Source: a phage. Taken from it: DNA of 64,000 nt. Numbering within the stretch: position 1 is the stretch's first letter; each line of letters starts with the position of its first letter. The position numbers were made by a program, and so were the translations under genes. Below are positions 13,803-23,677 of the stretch, piece by piece. The stretch lies in the sequence record PQ478073.1, one strand, 5' to 3'. The notes beneath the pieces are model-generated. The model was not told where the DNA came from. It did no database searches and worked only from the letters and a program-made list of their open reading frames with translations.

Positions 13803-15287
13803 ATGAAAACTTGTAAGTTAACCTTATTGGATGAGGTGAATTGTAAATTTGAGGGACTTGATCCCTCAATTAGACAAAAGATGATTCGTGCAACTGAATA
13901 TGTGTTACCATATGCAAAGTTCACACCAGCAGGACGTATTGGACGTTGGGATGGTAAAGTTCAGTTTATGAATTTAGGCGGGACAACTTATTATCATATG
14001 TTAGATAAGTTATTGCCTATTCTTGATGAAGCTAAGATTGACATTGAATTAGTAGATCATAGGGTAGATTATGGATTTAAATTTGACCCCATTGATGAAG
14101 ATATTTTTAGTGATGTTGTATTCGGTGCAGGACACCACATGGAAGGTAAATCCATAAAACTACGTGAACATCAAGTTAATGCGGTTAATGCATGTTTGGC
14201 TAATCCACACGGACTGCTATTGGCAGCGACTGGTGCAGGTAAAACTCTCATTACTGCTGCATTGTCAAAGAAAGTGCAAGAGTATGGACGTTCTGTTATA
14301 ATAGTACCAAGTACTGACTTAGTACAACAAACATATGATGACTACATTATGTGTGGGTTGGATACTGGCATGTTCTATGGTTCACAAAAAGATTTTGGTC
14401 ACCAACATACTATTACGACTTGGCAATCATTTAACTCTCTATGGAAGAAAACCAAGAAAGGTGAAATTGAATTAACTGAACAAGACGTGAATGATTTTAT
14501 CGATGGAGTAGTTTGTGTTATCGTTGATGAGTGTCAAGGTGCAGGCGGTGACGCATTAGTTCAAGTACTTTCTAAAGTTATGAATAACGTACCATTACGT
14601 TGGGGTCTTACTGGAACAATTCCTAAAGATCCGGTAGTTGCCGCGAAAATCAAATGTAATGTTGGTGATGTTATATTTAAAATAACTGCAAAGGAATTAC
14701 AAGATAAACAAATACTAAGTACATGTAATGTGAATTGCATCAAACTAAAAAGTAGTATGAAGTTTGCATCATATGCTGAAGAGTTGAAATACTTAGTAAC
14801 TGACAGAGATAGGATGGCATATGTAGCGTCATTGATATCTGCGTTATCTGAATCAGGAAACACTTTAGTTTTAGTAGATAGACTTGAAGCAGGTGAGTTG
14901 CTATGTGAATTTTTAGGCATTCCCAAATCAGAATTCGTTCGTGGAGAAACTAAAAAGAAAGATCGAGAATCATCTTATGGTGAAATTCGTTGGGCTGATA
15001 ATAAAATACTTATTGCGACATACGGCGTTGCCAGTACTGGTATTAGTATTTCAAGGTTATATAATGTAGTATTGATTGAGCCAGGAAAAAGTTTTGTAAG
15101 AACTATACAGTCAATTGGACGTGGATTACGCCGAGCAGAAGATAAAGACCACGTAGAAATATATGATATTAGTGGTTCTAATAAGTATAGTGCTAAGCAT
15201 TTACGAGAACGTTTAGCTTACTATAAGGAAGCACAATATCCTCATAGTATAATAGATGTTAAAGATTGGGAAAACACAGCGGGATAA
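13803..15287 (+). CDS. uvsW: UvsW-like SF2 DNA helicase
   Basis: Walker A ATGAGKT, DECQ box, helicase C-terminal motifs; position after uvsX/uvsY. Confidence 0.8.
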   Translation: MKTCKLTLLDEVNCKFEGLDPSIRQKMIRATEYVLPYAKFTPAGRIGRWDGKVQFMNLGGTTYYHMLDKLLPILDEAKIDIELVDHRVDYGFKFDPIDEDIFSDVVFGAGHHMEGKSIKLREHQVNAVNACLANPHGLLLAATGAGKTLITAALSKKVQEYGRSVIIVPSTDLVQQTYDDYIMCGLDTGMFYGSQKDFGHQHTITTWQSFNSLWKKTKKGEIELTEQDVNDFIDGVVCVIVDECQGAGGDALVQVLSKVMNNVPLRWGLTGTIPKDPVVAAKIKCNVGDVIFKITAKELQDKQILSTCNVNCIKLKSSMKFASYAEELKYLVTDRDRMAYVASLISALSESGNTLVLVDRLEAGELLCEFLGIPKSEFVRGETKKKDRESSYGEIRWADNKILIATYGVASTGISISRLYNVVLIEPGKSFVRTIQSIGRGLRRAEDKDHVEIYDISGSNKYSAKHLRERLAYYKEAQYPHSIIDVKDWENTAG

Positions 15288-15300
15288 ACCCGCTGTTTGT
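15276..15300 (+). terminator. hairpin ACAGCGGG-ataaa-CCCGCTGT overlapping uvsW stop
   Basis: 8 bp stem; short T-tract; immediately followed by a -10 box. Confidence 0.5.
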
Positions 15301-15308
15301 GATATAAT
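15300..15308 (+). promoter_or_regulatory. extended -10 promoter TGaTATAAT
   Basis: Followed by perfect palindrome GTCATATGAC at 15311-15320. Confidence 0.45.
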
Positions 15309-15342
15309 GTGTCATATGACAACAACAAGGATGTAAAATAAA

Positions 15343-15771
15343 ATGGAATTGAGATCTAGTATTGCTTTTATTTGTGACCAAGAAACTTTAGAAGTTATGG
15401 ATGTATTGTTGAACGATGATGGTATTATGGATGACATGGTATCTTCTCTTGACTATATACCTGAGCTAGAAACGGATGATACTAACGTATGGAGATGTAA
15501 TATTGATAGTGATTCTTGGATTAATATCTATGAATTACAGACACGAATTGATTCTAAAGTAGAATCATTGAAATATGATATCATCTATGCAAGTACTGAC
15601 ACGAAAACTTTTATTGATGTAGTAAGTCTAAGTGGTAATTTTGATTCATATCTGGATACTGATGTAGATAAAATTCAAGAGATGTGTGAAACTTATGGAC
15701 TTGAATTTTATGGCGTAGAAGACCAAGATGATGAAGAATATTATGATGACGAAGAAGATTCGCAGTACTAA
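15343..15771 (+). CDS. acidic hypothetical protein (142 aa)
   Basis: Asp/Glu-rich; no motif. Confidence 0.5.
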   Translation: MELRSSIAFICDQETLEVMDVLLNDDGIMDDMVSSLDYIPELETDDTNVWRCNIDSDSWINIYELQTRIDSKVESLKYDIIYASTDTKTFIDVVSLSGNFDSYLDTDVDKIQEMCETYGLEFYGVEDQDDEEYYDDEEDSQY

Positions 15772-15780
15772 GGAGATGAC

Positions 15781-16278
15781 ATGAACGTATTAACACCTGA
15801 AAATAATTCTTTTGACATGGATTTAGTAACAGAACATATCCCTGAAGAAATGTATTGTGTTTTGGATCTAAGCCCAAATGGTGAATCTGATTTTTATTTT
15901 AGACATATTCTAAACACCGTATCATTTAATAGTATTAGTGCTGATCTTCAAATTGGTGAAAAGATTATTCAAGTGCCTCTAGGATGGCAAATTATGTTAG
16001 GTGATGAAGAAACTGGTATGGTTGAGATGTGTACAATTGAAAACATTCTTAACATGAAAGAACCAAAAGCTTTTGTTTACAATCCTATCCGTTCAATGTA
16101 TCCTAAGTTTGAACCAGTCAAAGTACTACGTGTATTTGCATTAACTACAAAGTGGCAGATACCAATGTTACCTAAAAAGAATTTACTATGCGTCCCACTA
16201 CATAGTGGTGAAAATCCACCATGTGTGTACTTTGCAGATGAAAACGAAAAAATTCAAGATTTGTATCTAGGAGTATAA
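15781..16278 (+). CDS. hypothetical protein (165 aa)
   Basis: AAGGAG RBS. Confidence 0.55.
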   Translation: MNVLTPENNSFDMDLVTEHIPEEMYCVLDLSPNGESDFYFRHILNTVSFNSISADLQIGEKIIQVPLGWQIMLGDEETGMVEMCTIENILNMKEPKAFVYNPIRSMYPKFEPVKVLRVFALTTKWQIPMLPKKNLLCVPLHSGENPPCVYFADENEKIQDLYLGV

Positions 16279-16282
16279 AATA

Positions 16283-17128
16283 GTGTTTGATTTCAGTGAT
16301 ATTAAAAATAAGTCGGTCGATGATGATGAAAAACCAACACAGCATTCTTTTTCTATTGCTGAATTTCTAAAACACATTGACCGTGCTGATTATAAGTACT
16401 ATAATGACATGACCGAAAAAGAACGAAAAGAGTTTACTCCATATACTGTTTTGCGATGGGTAAGCTCTTTAGATGATTCGTTACAAGTAACCTACCCTAG
16501 TAGTAAAGTTGAAAGTGTATTTGGAAAATGGAAATCTGGTGGTAAAGAAGCACTGACTGAACTAGTTACTGAATTAAAGTCTTCAGGGACAAATATTTCA
16601 TCAGTAACTAAGTACTGTCATAGTGATTATGATTGGCGTATTAAATTTGCAGTCCAATCAAAAGATGACGCACAAAAATTAATATCCTCAATGGTCGAAT
16701 TTGGCGTATCAGGTTCCGAAATTGTTTCATTAGTAGATACTGAAGTTGTCAAATACCAACTTATTATGCTAAATGATATGGTTAATGATGGATTTTGGGA
16801 TATGAAAGAACATCCAGAATTAGTATATCAGCTTATGTGTTCAGTCCATGATATGATTGGTGGACAAGAAATGCCACGTAACTGGTTAAACTTTTCTAAG
16901 AATTTCAAAAAGGCAAATAACGAATTATTTGAGTTAATTAAAAGCTCACAACCTGATACTATATCTACTCAAATGAATGAAGATGAGTACAAAATTGTTC
17001 TATTGCAGTATGATAAAAAAACATTTGAGACATTTCTTGACAATAATGGTTTTCAAGATAATGAAAAGAAATCTATGATGAAATTGTTTAAAGAAGAATG
17101 TAAAAAATATGGCAAAGAAATCAAGTAA
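16283..17128 (+). CDS. hypothetical protein (281 aa, probable GTG start)
   Basis: AGGAG 10 nt upstream of GTG 16283; first ATG only at about 16412. Confidence 0.45.
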   Translation: MFDFSDIKNKSVDDDEKPTQHSFSIAEFLKHIDRADYKYYNDMTEKERKEFTPYTVLRWVSSLDDSLQVTYPSSKVESVFGKWKSGGKEALTELVTELKSSGTNISSVTKYCHSDYDWRIKFAVQSKDDAQKLISSMVEFGVSGSEIVSLVDTEVVKYQLIMLNDMVNDGFWDMKEHPELVYQLMCSVHDMIGGQEMPRNWLNFSKNFKKANNELFELIKSSQPDTISTQMNEDEYKIVLLQYDKKTFETFLDNNGFQDNEKKSMMKLFKEECKKYGKEIK

Positions 17129-17819
17129 TAAAGTATATACCTGTAGATTTTGTGATCGTGAATTTAAACGTGAAGAAACTGTAAACACACATAAATGTAT
17201 AAAACGTGACCGATACGAAGACCGCCAAAGCCGCCAGATGATGGAGGCTTTTCGTATATATATGCAATTTATGGAATTGAATAAGTTCCCATTTAAAAAA
17301 GGCGTAGAGCCTTTTATTGCTTTTATAAAGTCAAAGTACTTTAATGATTTTTATAGTTTTGCCGAATACTATTTGAATAATAGAGATATTATTAATGTGG
17401 ACGAGTTTGTAAAGTACTTGATTATCAATAACAAACCAATCACGGAATGGAGTACATATAAAGCAAAAGATGAATGGATATTAAAAACAATTCGTGCCGA
17501 GCACCCAAAAGAAGCAATTGCAAGAAGTGTTATCTCACTGGTTGAATGGGCTGAAAATTTGAATGTACAATGGAATACTTTCTTTGAAAATGTAAGTTCT
17601 GCCCGTGCAATTGCATGGATTGAGAGTGGTAAAATTTCACCTTGGATTATCTGGCTTGCTCCTAAAAAAAGTACTAATAAGTTTTTTAAAAAACTATCAA
17701 ACTCAGAAATTGAATATATACTTAAATACATCGATCCAAGTTATTTTGAAATCAAAACTATAAAATACAAAAAGGATTGTGATGAAATTAAGATTATGCT
17801 ATGTGAGGCAGGATTATGA
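17109..17819 (+). CDS. hypothetical protein with N-terminal C2H2-like zinc finger
   Basis: CRFCDREFKREETVNTHKC. Confidence 0.5.
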   Translation: MAKKSSNKVYTCRFCDREFKREETVNTHKCIKRDRYEDRQSRQMMEAFRIYMQFMELNKFPFKKGVEPFIAFIKSKYFNDFYSFAEYYLNNRDIINVDEFVKYLIINNKPITEWSTYKAKDEWILKTIRAEHPKEAIARSVISLVEWAENLNVQWNTFFENVSSARAIAWIESGKISPWIIWLAPKKSTNKFFKKLSNSEIEYILKYIDPSYFEIKTIKYKKDCDEIKIMLCEAGL

Positions 17820-18145
17820 ATGGAAAAAGTATATATAATAAAATACCAGAAGGGTATGTACCTGTACCTAAAGAACAAAAATCAAAACAAATATCTCTAC
17901 TTAGACAAGGATCTATTACTGAAATAACTTTAGATGGTAAAACATTTCAAGTTCATGATCCTGCTCGTATTGAAAAAATTATTTCTTTGGTAGAAAGACA
18001 CGAAGAACGCTTTTTCAGTTTAAGTCAAGAATTGGCAAAGACAAAACAAAATTGTAGATTATTAGAGAATCAAATATCAACTTTGACTAATACAGTTAAA
18101 CAGTTACAGGAGCAAATAAAAAATGCAGGATTCGACCGATTCTAA
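17816..18145 (+). CDS. hypothetical coiled-coil protein (109 aa)
   Basis: ATGA overlap with upstream gene; GAGGCAGGA RBS. Confidence 0.5.
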   Translation: MNGKSIYNKIPEGYVPVPKEQKSKQISLLRQGSITEITLDGKTFQVHDPARIEKIISLVERHEERFFSLSQELAKTKQNCRLLENQISTLTNTVKQLQEQIKNAGFDRF

Positions 18146-18761
18146 ACATTATAGAAAAGCCCGAACTGATATTGACATTGACTTCAAGGATAGTAAAAGC
18201 GTAATCGCTAAACTTCCATGTGTGCGAAGTACTGAAAAAATTACGGAGGATGGTTTAATCCCCCATAATAGTGGTGTTCATTTTGATAATATACCTATTG
18301 ATCCAATCACTGGATTGGCAAGTATACAATATAAAGAAGCTGAAAGGTTAGGGTATCAAAAAGTTGATATTCTTTCACAGTCAGCTTACATGTATGTTCG
18401 TGATAGAGAGCATTTAAAAGAACTAATGAATCAGGAACCAAATTGGGATCTATTGTTAGAACCCGAAATTGTAGAACATCTATCGCAAATTAAAAAACAT
18501 GTAACTTTATTAAATGTATGGAAGCCTAAATCTATAGACGAACTAGCAATGTTTATTGCAATGATTCGCCCAGGAAAAAGGCAGTGCCAAAGTATGAACA
18601 CATGGGACGAAGTTAAAGCTACCATATGGGATTATAGTACTATAGGCACTGACCAAGCAGGAAATAAATTACGATATTTCAAAAAGCCACATGCTTACGC
18701 ATATAGCTTAATGATTGTTGTACAACTAAATGCTTTAGTTGAACATCTTACTTCTTCTTAA
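18123..18761 (+). CDS. DnaE-like (C-family polymerase palm) protein, C-terminal module of a split mini-DnaE
   Basis: TDIDIDF (DnaE PDFDVDF), HNSGVHF (HAGGVVI), AMIRPG (ALFRPGP), FKKPHAYAYSLM (FNKSHSAAYALV); motifs recalled, not searched. Confidence 0.5.
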   Translation: MQDSTDSKHYRKARTDIDIDFKDSKSVIAKLPCVRSTEKITEDGLIPHNSGVHFDNIPIDPITGLASIQYKEAERLGYQKVDILSQSAYMYVRDREHLKELMNQEPNWDLLLEPEIVEHLSQIKKHVTLLNVWKPKSIDELAMFIAMIRPGKRQCQSMNTWDEVKATIWDYSTIGTDQAGNKLRYFKKPHAYAYSLMIVVQLNALVEHLTSS

Positions 18762-19101
18762 GAGCCACATTACGACGCTTGATGCGTTTCTGTGGCAAAT
18801 TGCTTAAAGAAACTACTGGACCACATACGAAATTCACCGACGGTGTATCGAATCTCTGTGTGTACGGTTCAAATTTCTCCATCTCTTCTTGAAAGAATAG
18901 ACAAACTGGAATGGTTCTATTACTTTGCCACCACCAATCGTGTGCTATACCTAACAATTCGTCTTGCATTGAATCATCCATATCATCGAAACAGTAAAGA
19001 GTTGTATACTGTTTGCTTTTGATTTTGATGATACCAACAAACGTTTTACCATCATACTGGATTACAGTAATGAATGGTGGAATAGTGTTATATTGATTCA
19101 T
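18748..19101 (-). CDS. hypothetical protein (117 aa), Trp-rich
   Basis: Minus ORF with higher GC, convergent with 18123-18761; an imperfect hairpin (18764-18796) lies inside its 3' end, so uncertain. Confidence 0.35.
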   Translation of the reverse strand: MNQYNTIPPFITVIQYDGKTFVGIIKIKSKQYTTLYCFDDMDDSMQDELLGIAHDWWWQSNRTIPVCLFFQEEMEKFEPYTQRFDTPSVNFVCGPVVSLSNLPQKRIKRRNVALKKK

Positions 19102-19121
19102 ATTAGTTCCATAAATATTAG

Positions 19122-19133
19122 TATAAATTTATA
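19122..19133. promoter_or_regulatory. bidirectional late-promoter-like TATAAATT boxes
   Basis: TATAAATTTATA reads TATAAAT on both strands between divergent ORFs. Confidence 0.35.
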
Positions 19134-19158
19134 CCTATTATTTATGGAAGGAAAAACT

Positions 19159-20136
19159 ATGGCTCATCACGGCGTGTTTATGTACCCTTATAATCAGGAA
19201 GTATCATTGGGCAATTTTAATATGCCATATAGCAATGAAAAACTAACTATATATAGAGGGGCAAATAATAATTTATCTTTTACTGTTCACAACGCTGATG
19301 GAAAATATACTTTATTGAAAGATAATGAATATCTTACATTTATGATTTTTGATGCAAGAAATAATACTAAACTATTTGATGTTGTATTAGAAAAACAAGA
19401 ACCCAGTTGGTTATCAGAAAGTGGACAAGCAAGACAAACATTAGGAAATAAAAAGAAAGTATATTATGGATGTATTGTTCCAGCAGGAGTTATTCAAGAT
19501 ACCAGTCCTGGTTCAAAATATAGATGGAGCATTACTAAAGTAACAATGGATGGTTCACTTATAGAACCAACACAATATCTATACACAGGGATGAACTTTG
19601 AGGCATCAGCAGAGCTAATAATTTCAGACCAAGCAGCACCTGTATTTGTCCCCAGTACTGAAATATCAGTTAATAAAAATCCAGCATGGACAACTATAAA
19701 GCGTTTATATCATGAACCAATTGGAAATGGTATGATTGGTGAATATGATATTCTCGCATCAACTCCACTACCAGCACAAATGCAGTTTGGATTAGTAGAT
19801 GGATTAAGTAGTATTGCAATCTATTTTGATAAATTTATTGGTAGAATACAGCTACAAGGGTGCTTGTGTAACAACGTACCTAATGATAATGAAAACTATA
19901 AATGGTTTATTATTAAATTAGATGGAAAGGATTATATTGAAAATGGAATTGATTCAGAAGGTTTTCCAAAAGAACTTGACGGAATACAAGCATTTAATTT
20001 TAAAGGAAATTATATGTGGTTACGTTTGGTGGTTGCTATTCATCCCAAAATTGTTCCAGTACCATATGACTATGCTGCTGTCCGAAAAGTGTATGACCCT
20101 TTCCTAACAGTACCTAAAATTTTGATACGTAGATGA
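19159..20136 (+). CDS. hypothetical protein (325 aa), possibly late/structural
   Basis: GGAAGGA RBS before ATG 19159; track ORF starts at upstream TTG. Confidence 0.5.
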   Translation: MAHHGVFMYPYNQEVSLGNFNMPYSNEKLTIYRGANNNLSFTVHNADGKYTLLKDNEYLTFMIFDARNNTKLFDVVLEKQEPSWLSESGQARQTLGNKKKVYYGCIVPAGVIQDTSPGSKYRWSITKVTMDGSLIEPTQYLYTGMNFEASAELIISDQAAPVFVPSTEISVNKNPAWTTIKRLYHEPIGNGMIGEYDILASTPLPAQMQFGLVDGLSSIAIYFDKFIGRIQLQGCLCNNVPNDNENYKWFIIKLDGKDYIENGIDSEGFPKELDGIQAFNFKGNYMWLRLVVAIHPKIVPVPYDYAAVRKVYDPFLTVPKILIRR

Positions 20137-20153
20137 GACAAAACTAGAAGGTG

Positions 20154-20162
20154 TGCTATAAT
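20154..20162 (+). promoter_or_regulatory. extended -10 promoter TGcTATAAT
   Basis: TGTGCTATAAT family, 30 nt upstream of primase ATG. Confidence 0.5.
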
Positions 20163-20191
20163 CATTTGTAAGAAAAGACAAGGATTAACTT

Positions 20192-21247
20192 ATGAACGCT
20201 GTACAAAACATAATGGCACAAATTATGAATGATCCAGTACCTGCGATTGGTACATGGTCACAACACAACTGTCCAGCTTGTGTGTTCAGAGGACATTCAA
20301 GGCCGGATACAAAGCACCGTGGTAATCATATGTTCAATGCAGATGGTTCCGTTTCATATAACTGCTTTAACTGTAGTTTAAAAACTGGTTGGCAACCAGG
20401 AAAATATATGAGCAAAGATATGGAGTCTTTGCTCATTTCTTTTGGTGCACAAGATAAAGAAATAGAATTAGTTAAGTTTTATATTAAAGAAATGGTTGAC
20501 AGCGGTGATTTTGCTGCACAAGAAACTGTTGCATCAAAATTGTATGACCGAGTAACAGTACGTGATTTGCCATCAAATGCAAAAACATTTTGGGAATGGG
20601 CTTCTTTACCTGAAGATAAAATTCCACAAGAATTTATAAGTGTTTTGCATAATGTCAATGAAAGAAACCCATATCTGTTAGACTTAGAATTATATTGGTC
20701 ACCTAATAAAGAACATAAAATGTATGACAGATTTATTATTCCATATTTCATGAATGGTAAAATTATTGGTTATACTGCACGACATAAATTAAAAGATCCT
20801 GGAAGTACATACAGGTTCATAAATCAAGTAAGTACTAATATACTATATAACTATGATTTATTAAAAGATGAACGAATAAAAACAATTTTAGTATGTGAGG
20901 GTCCGTTAGACGCAGCATTAATGGGTGGTGTATCTGCTAATAACTTTAAATTATCAAACGTACAGATTGATGTATTAAAAGATGCACAGCAAAAAGGTAA
21001 AAAAATAGTTATTGTTCCAGATAGAGATAAAGATGGATTAATAACTATAGACCAAGCACTTGAAAATGGATTCAGTGTTTCCTTCCCAGACTTTGGTGCT
21101 GTAAGAGAAGGTAGTACAATACGTCATATCAAAGACTTTGAAGAAGCTTGTGCACGATTTGGTAGGTTATTTTGTTTACAATTAATACATGATAGTATAG
21201 TAGATGAGCCATTTTATATTAAAGCTCAAACGGATAAATGGATGTAA
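20192..21247 (+). CDS. 61: DNA primase (T4 gp61-like; zinc-binding plus TOPRIM)
   Basis: CPAC...CFNC zinc ribbon; TOPRIM VCEGPLD; AAGGA RBS. Confidence 0.85.
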   Translation: MNAVQNIMAQIMNDPVPAIGTWSQHNCPACVFRGHSRPDTKHRGNHMFNADGSVSYNCFNCSLKTGWQPGKYMSKDMESLLISFGAQDKEIELVKFYIKEMVDSGDFAAQETVASKLYDRVTVRDLPSNAKTFWEWASLPEDKIPQEFISVLHNVNERNPYLLDLELYWSPNKEHKMYDRFIIPYFMNGKIIGYTARHKLKDPGSTYRFINQVSTNILYNYDLLKDERIKTILVCEGPLDAALMGGVSANNFKLSNVQIDVLKDAQQKGKKIVIVPDRDKDGLITIDQALENGFSVSFPDFGAVREGSTIRHIKDFEEACARFGRLFCLQLIHDSIVDEPFYIKAQTDKWM

Positions 21248-21269
21248 TACATATAATGAGGGAACATAG

Positions 21270-22790
21270 ATGATTCAAAGCACAGTGGATGTGAAACAAT
21301 ATGGGATTAATGCACAACAATACTTATTATCTCAGATTTTCAGTAATCCTGATTTATATGTACGTTGTAAAAATATCCTTAAACCAGAATATTTTGATAA
21401 AACATTTCATGAAAGTATTCAATACGTGCATGATTATGCTGCAAAATATAGTTCATCACCTACTTTGAAAGATATTGAAGTTAAAGGTGGTTATCAATAC
21501 GATCAATATGAAGTTCAAGAATTACATAAACAATCAGTACTTGATACCTGTGGTGAATTTTGTCGCCATAAAGCATTAGCTTTAGCCGTTGAAAAAGGAA
21601 TGGAACTTGTCCATCAGAAAAAATATGGTGGAATCGAAGAACTAATCCGAGAAGCAATGTTGGTAACGGTACAGAATGAGTTAGGTTTGGATATTTTTGA
21701 AAACCCTGAAGATACAATCCGCTCACTCAGTACAATGCAAGGATCATTTAAGAGTGGTTGGGAAACTCTTGATTACAAACTTTTCGGTGGATTTGGGCGT
21801 AGAGAGTTAGAGATCTTTGCTGCTGCATCAGGTGGTGGTAAATCAGTAGTACTGCAAAATTTAGCAGTTAACTTTGCGAAAGCTGGAATGAATGGTGCAT
21901 ACATTTCACTTGAACTAGCTGAAGAGTTGGTTGCTGTTCGTATCTATGGTATGATGACTGAATCAAAACTCAGTAACGTAAAAAATGAAGCTGAAAAGAT
22001 TGGATTTGCTGTTAAAGTTGAAGGTAAAAACAGTGGTATGTTGCGTATTAAACGCTTACCTGAATCTGTAACAACCACAGACGATATTGAAAGTTATCTA
22101 CGTGAATTACAAATTAAGATGGAAATCAAACTTGATTATGTATGCGTGGACTATTTGGATCTATTAACTTCTAATCGTCTTGGACCAAATGATAAATCCA
22201 ATACATTTACTAAAGATAAATTTGTATCAGAAGAATTACGTGCTCTTGCATCCAAAATGGATTTGACTGTTTTCACTGCATCTCAGTTTAACCGTAGTGG
22301 TATGGACGAAGATAAGAAAAGTCAAAGTCAGATTGCTGGTGGTATTTCAAAAATTTATACTGCTGATAACGTAATTTATATTGAAGCAAAAAAAGAAACT
22401 GGCGAACTATGGTTTGATTTCCAAAAAACACGTAACAGTAGTGCAGTAGGTTCCCGTTTGCGTATGTCTTATGATATTGATTCATTGAGAGTTCTTGACC
22501 ATGCAACTACAGTACAACAAATGGAAACCGAAGGTAATGGATTCCGTCACAGCGGTGTTTCTAAGATTGGTGGAGGGAACATGGCGTTACCACCCAGCAC
22601 TATGCAAACATTACGTCATTCGCTTTCTGGTGCAGCTAAATCACCATCTGTGCAACCTGACAATACAGTAACACTAAATACTGATAGTGCTCCTAACTCT
22701 ACGACACAAAACGAAATACAGAATCCACAGACACATGCTGGTACTGATCGTGTTCATGCAATGAAGCAATGGTTAAATCAAAGGAAATGA
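21270..22790 (+). CDS. 41: replicative DNA helicase (DnaB family, T4 gp41-like)
   Basis: Walker A SGGGKS, DnaB-like C-terminal domain; disordered C-terminal extension. Confidence 0.9.
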   Translation: MIQSTVDVKQYGINAQQYLLSQIFSNPDLYVRCKNILKPEYFDKTFHESIQYVHDYAAKYSSSPTLKDIEVKGGYQYDQYEVQELHKQSVLDTCGEFCRHKALALAVEKGMELVHQKKYGGIEELIREAMLVTVQNELGLDIFENPEDTIRSLSTMQGSFKSGWETLDYKLFGGFGRRELEIFAAASGGGKSVVLQNLAVNFAKAGMNGAYISLELAEELVAVRIYGMMTESKLSNVKNEAEKIGFAVKVEGKNSGMLRIKRLPESVTTTDDIESYLRELQIKMEIKLDYVCVDYLDLLTSNRLGPNDKSNTFTKDKFVSEELRALASKMDLTVFTASQFNRSGMDEDKKSQSQIAGGISKIYTADNVIYIEAKKETGELWFDFQKTRNSSAVGSRLRMSYDIDSLRVLDHATTVQQMETEGNGFRHSGVSKIGGGNMALPPSTMQTLRHSLSGAAKSPSVQPDNTVTLNTDSAPNSTTQNEIQNPQTHAGTDRVHAMKQWLNQRK

Positions 22791-22793
22791 TAA

Positions 22794-23066
22794 ATGTCTA
22801 GTAAATCCAATAAAAAGAATCTACTTGATAGTATAGTTGACTATACGCCAGAGAAAGATACATTACAGAGTTTTAGTAATCGTGCCGACCACGCAATAAA
22901 CTCTGTGATTCATTTATTGGAGAGCATTGAAGATGAGTTTAACCAAACTGATGCTGAAGATTTAAAAAAACGCTTATTTCTAAGTATAAAAAACCGAGAT
23001 TATAAAAAGTTTCAAAAAGGGTTAGAGAATATAGCACTTGATGAAAAACGTAATAAAGGAAATTAA
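22794..23066 (+). CDS. hypothetical protein (90 aa)
   Basis: AAGGA RBS. Confidence 0.5.
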   Translation: MSSKSNKKNLLDSIVDYTPEKDTLQSFSNRADHAINSVIHLLESIEDEFNQTDAEDLKKRLFLSIKNRDYKKFQKGLENIALDEKRNKGN

Positions 23067-23067
23067 T

Positions 23068-23232
23068 ATGAAGAAAAAGAATATCAAAGAAAATGCATCT
23101 TCTGGAGCTACTTCAGCAGGTGCTATTGCATCAGTCAGTACTGGTTTACATTATCCATTACATCGTAGATTGCCTCCTACTAACTTCTTTGGATACAAAG
23201 TCGTAGAGAAAAAAGATAAGGACAAAGAATGA
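23068..23232 (+). CDS. small hypothetical protein (54 aa)
   Basis: AAAGGA RBS before ATG 23068; track ORF began at TTG 23038. Confidence 0.4.
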   Translation: MKKKNIKENASSGATSAGAIASVSTGLHYPLHRRLPPTNFFGYKVVEKKDKDKE

Positions 23233-23621
23233 AACCATATACATTCTACACAATTCACACTGTAGTAGATATTGGTGATGGTAAAACCCCAACAATCATA
23301 GATTCTAAGTTCACTGGTGCTATGAACTTGTCTAGGTTGTTGGAAGCTATTATGGTATATGACTATCCAATGATGGTAAGCGTTGTTAAAAATGAAGTCG
23401 ATTTATATAAAGATAATAATTCATCTTTTTATAACATGCCAATTTCTTGGGGAAAATGTACCATAAGCACATTCAAATTCGCATTACCAATGGATGTCGA
23501 ACTTCGTTTGAATGGTATACCATTGGTTCTACCAACCGAATTAAATGGAAAACGAATAACAAAATTTATCACATCTGGTGATGATATTAACATTAGCATC
23601 AGCAAACAGACCTTTTCTTAA
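23229..23621 (+). CDS. hypothetical protein (130 aa)
   Basis: ATGA overlap; AAGGA RBS. Confidence 0.5.
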   Translation: MKPYTFYTIHTVVDIGDGKTPTIIDSKFTGAMNLSRLLEAIMVYDYPMMVSVVKNEVDLYKDNNSSFYNMPISWGKCTISTFKFALPMDVELRLNGIPLVLPTELNGKRITKFITSGDDINISISKQTFS

Positions 23622-23677
23622 TTGTGATAAATATCATAAAGCAAGACAGAGGTCTTTTTATTTTATATGGAGAAATT

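Noticed and set aside
14561-14926. Minus-strand ORF inside uvsW
   Set aside because: Antisense to a helicase gene with clear motifs
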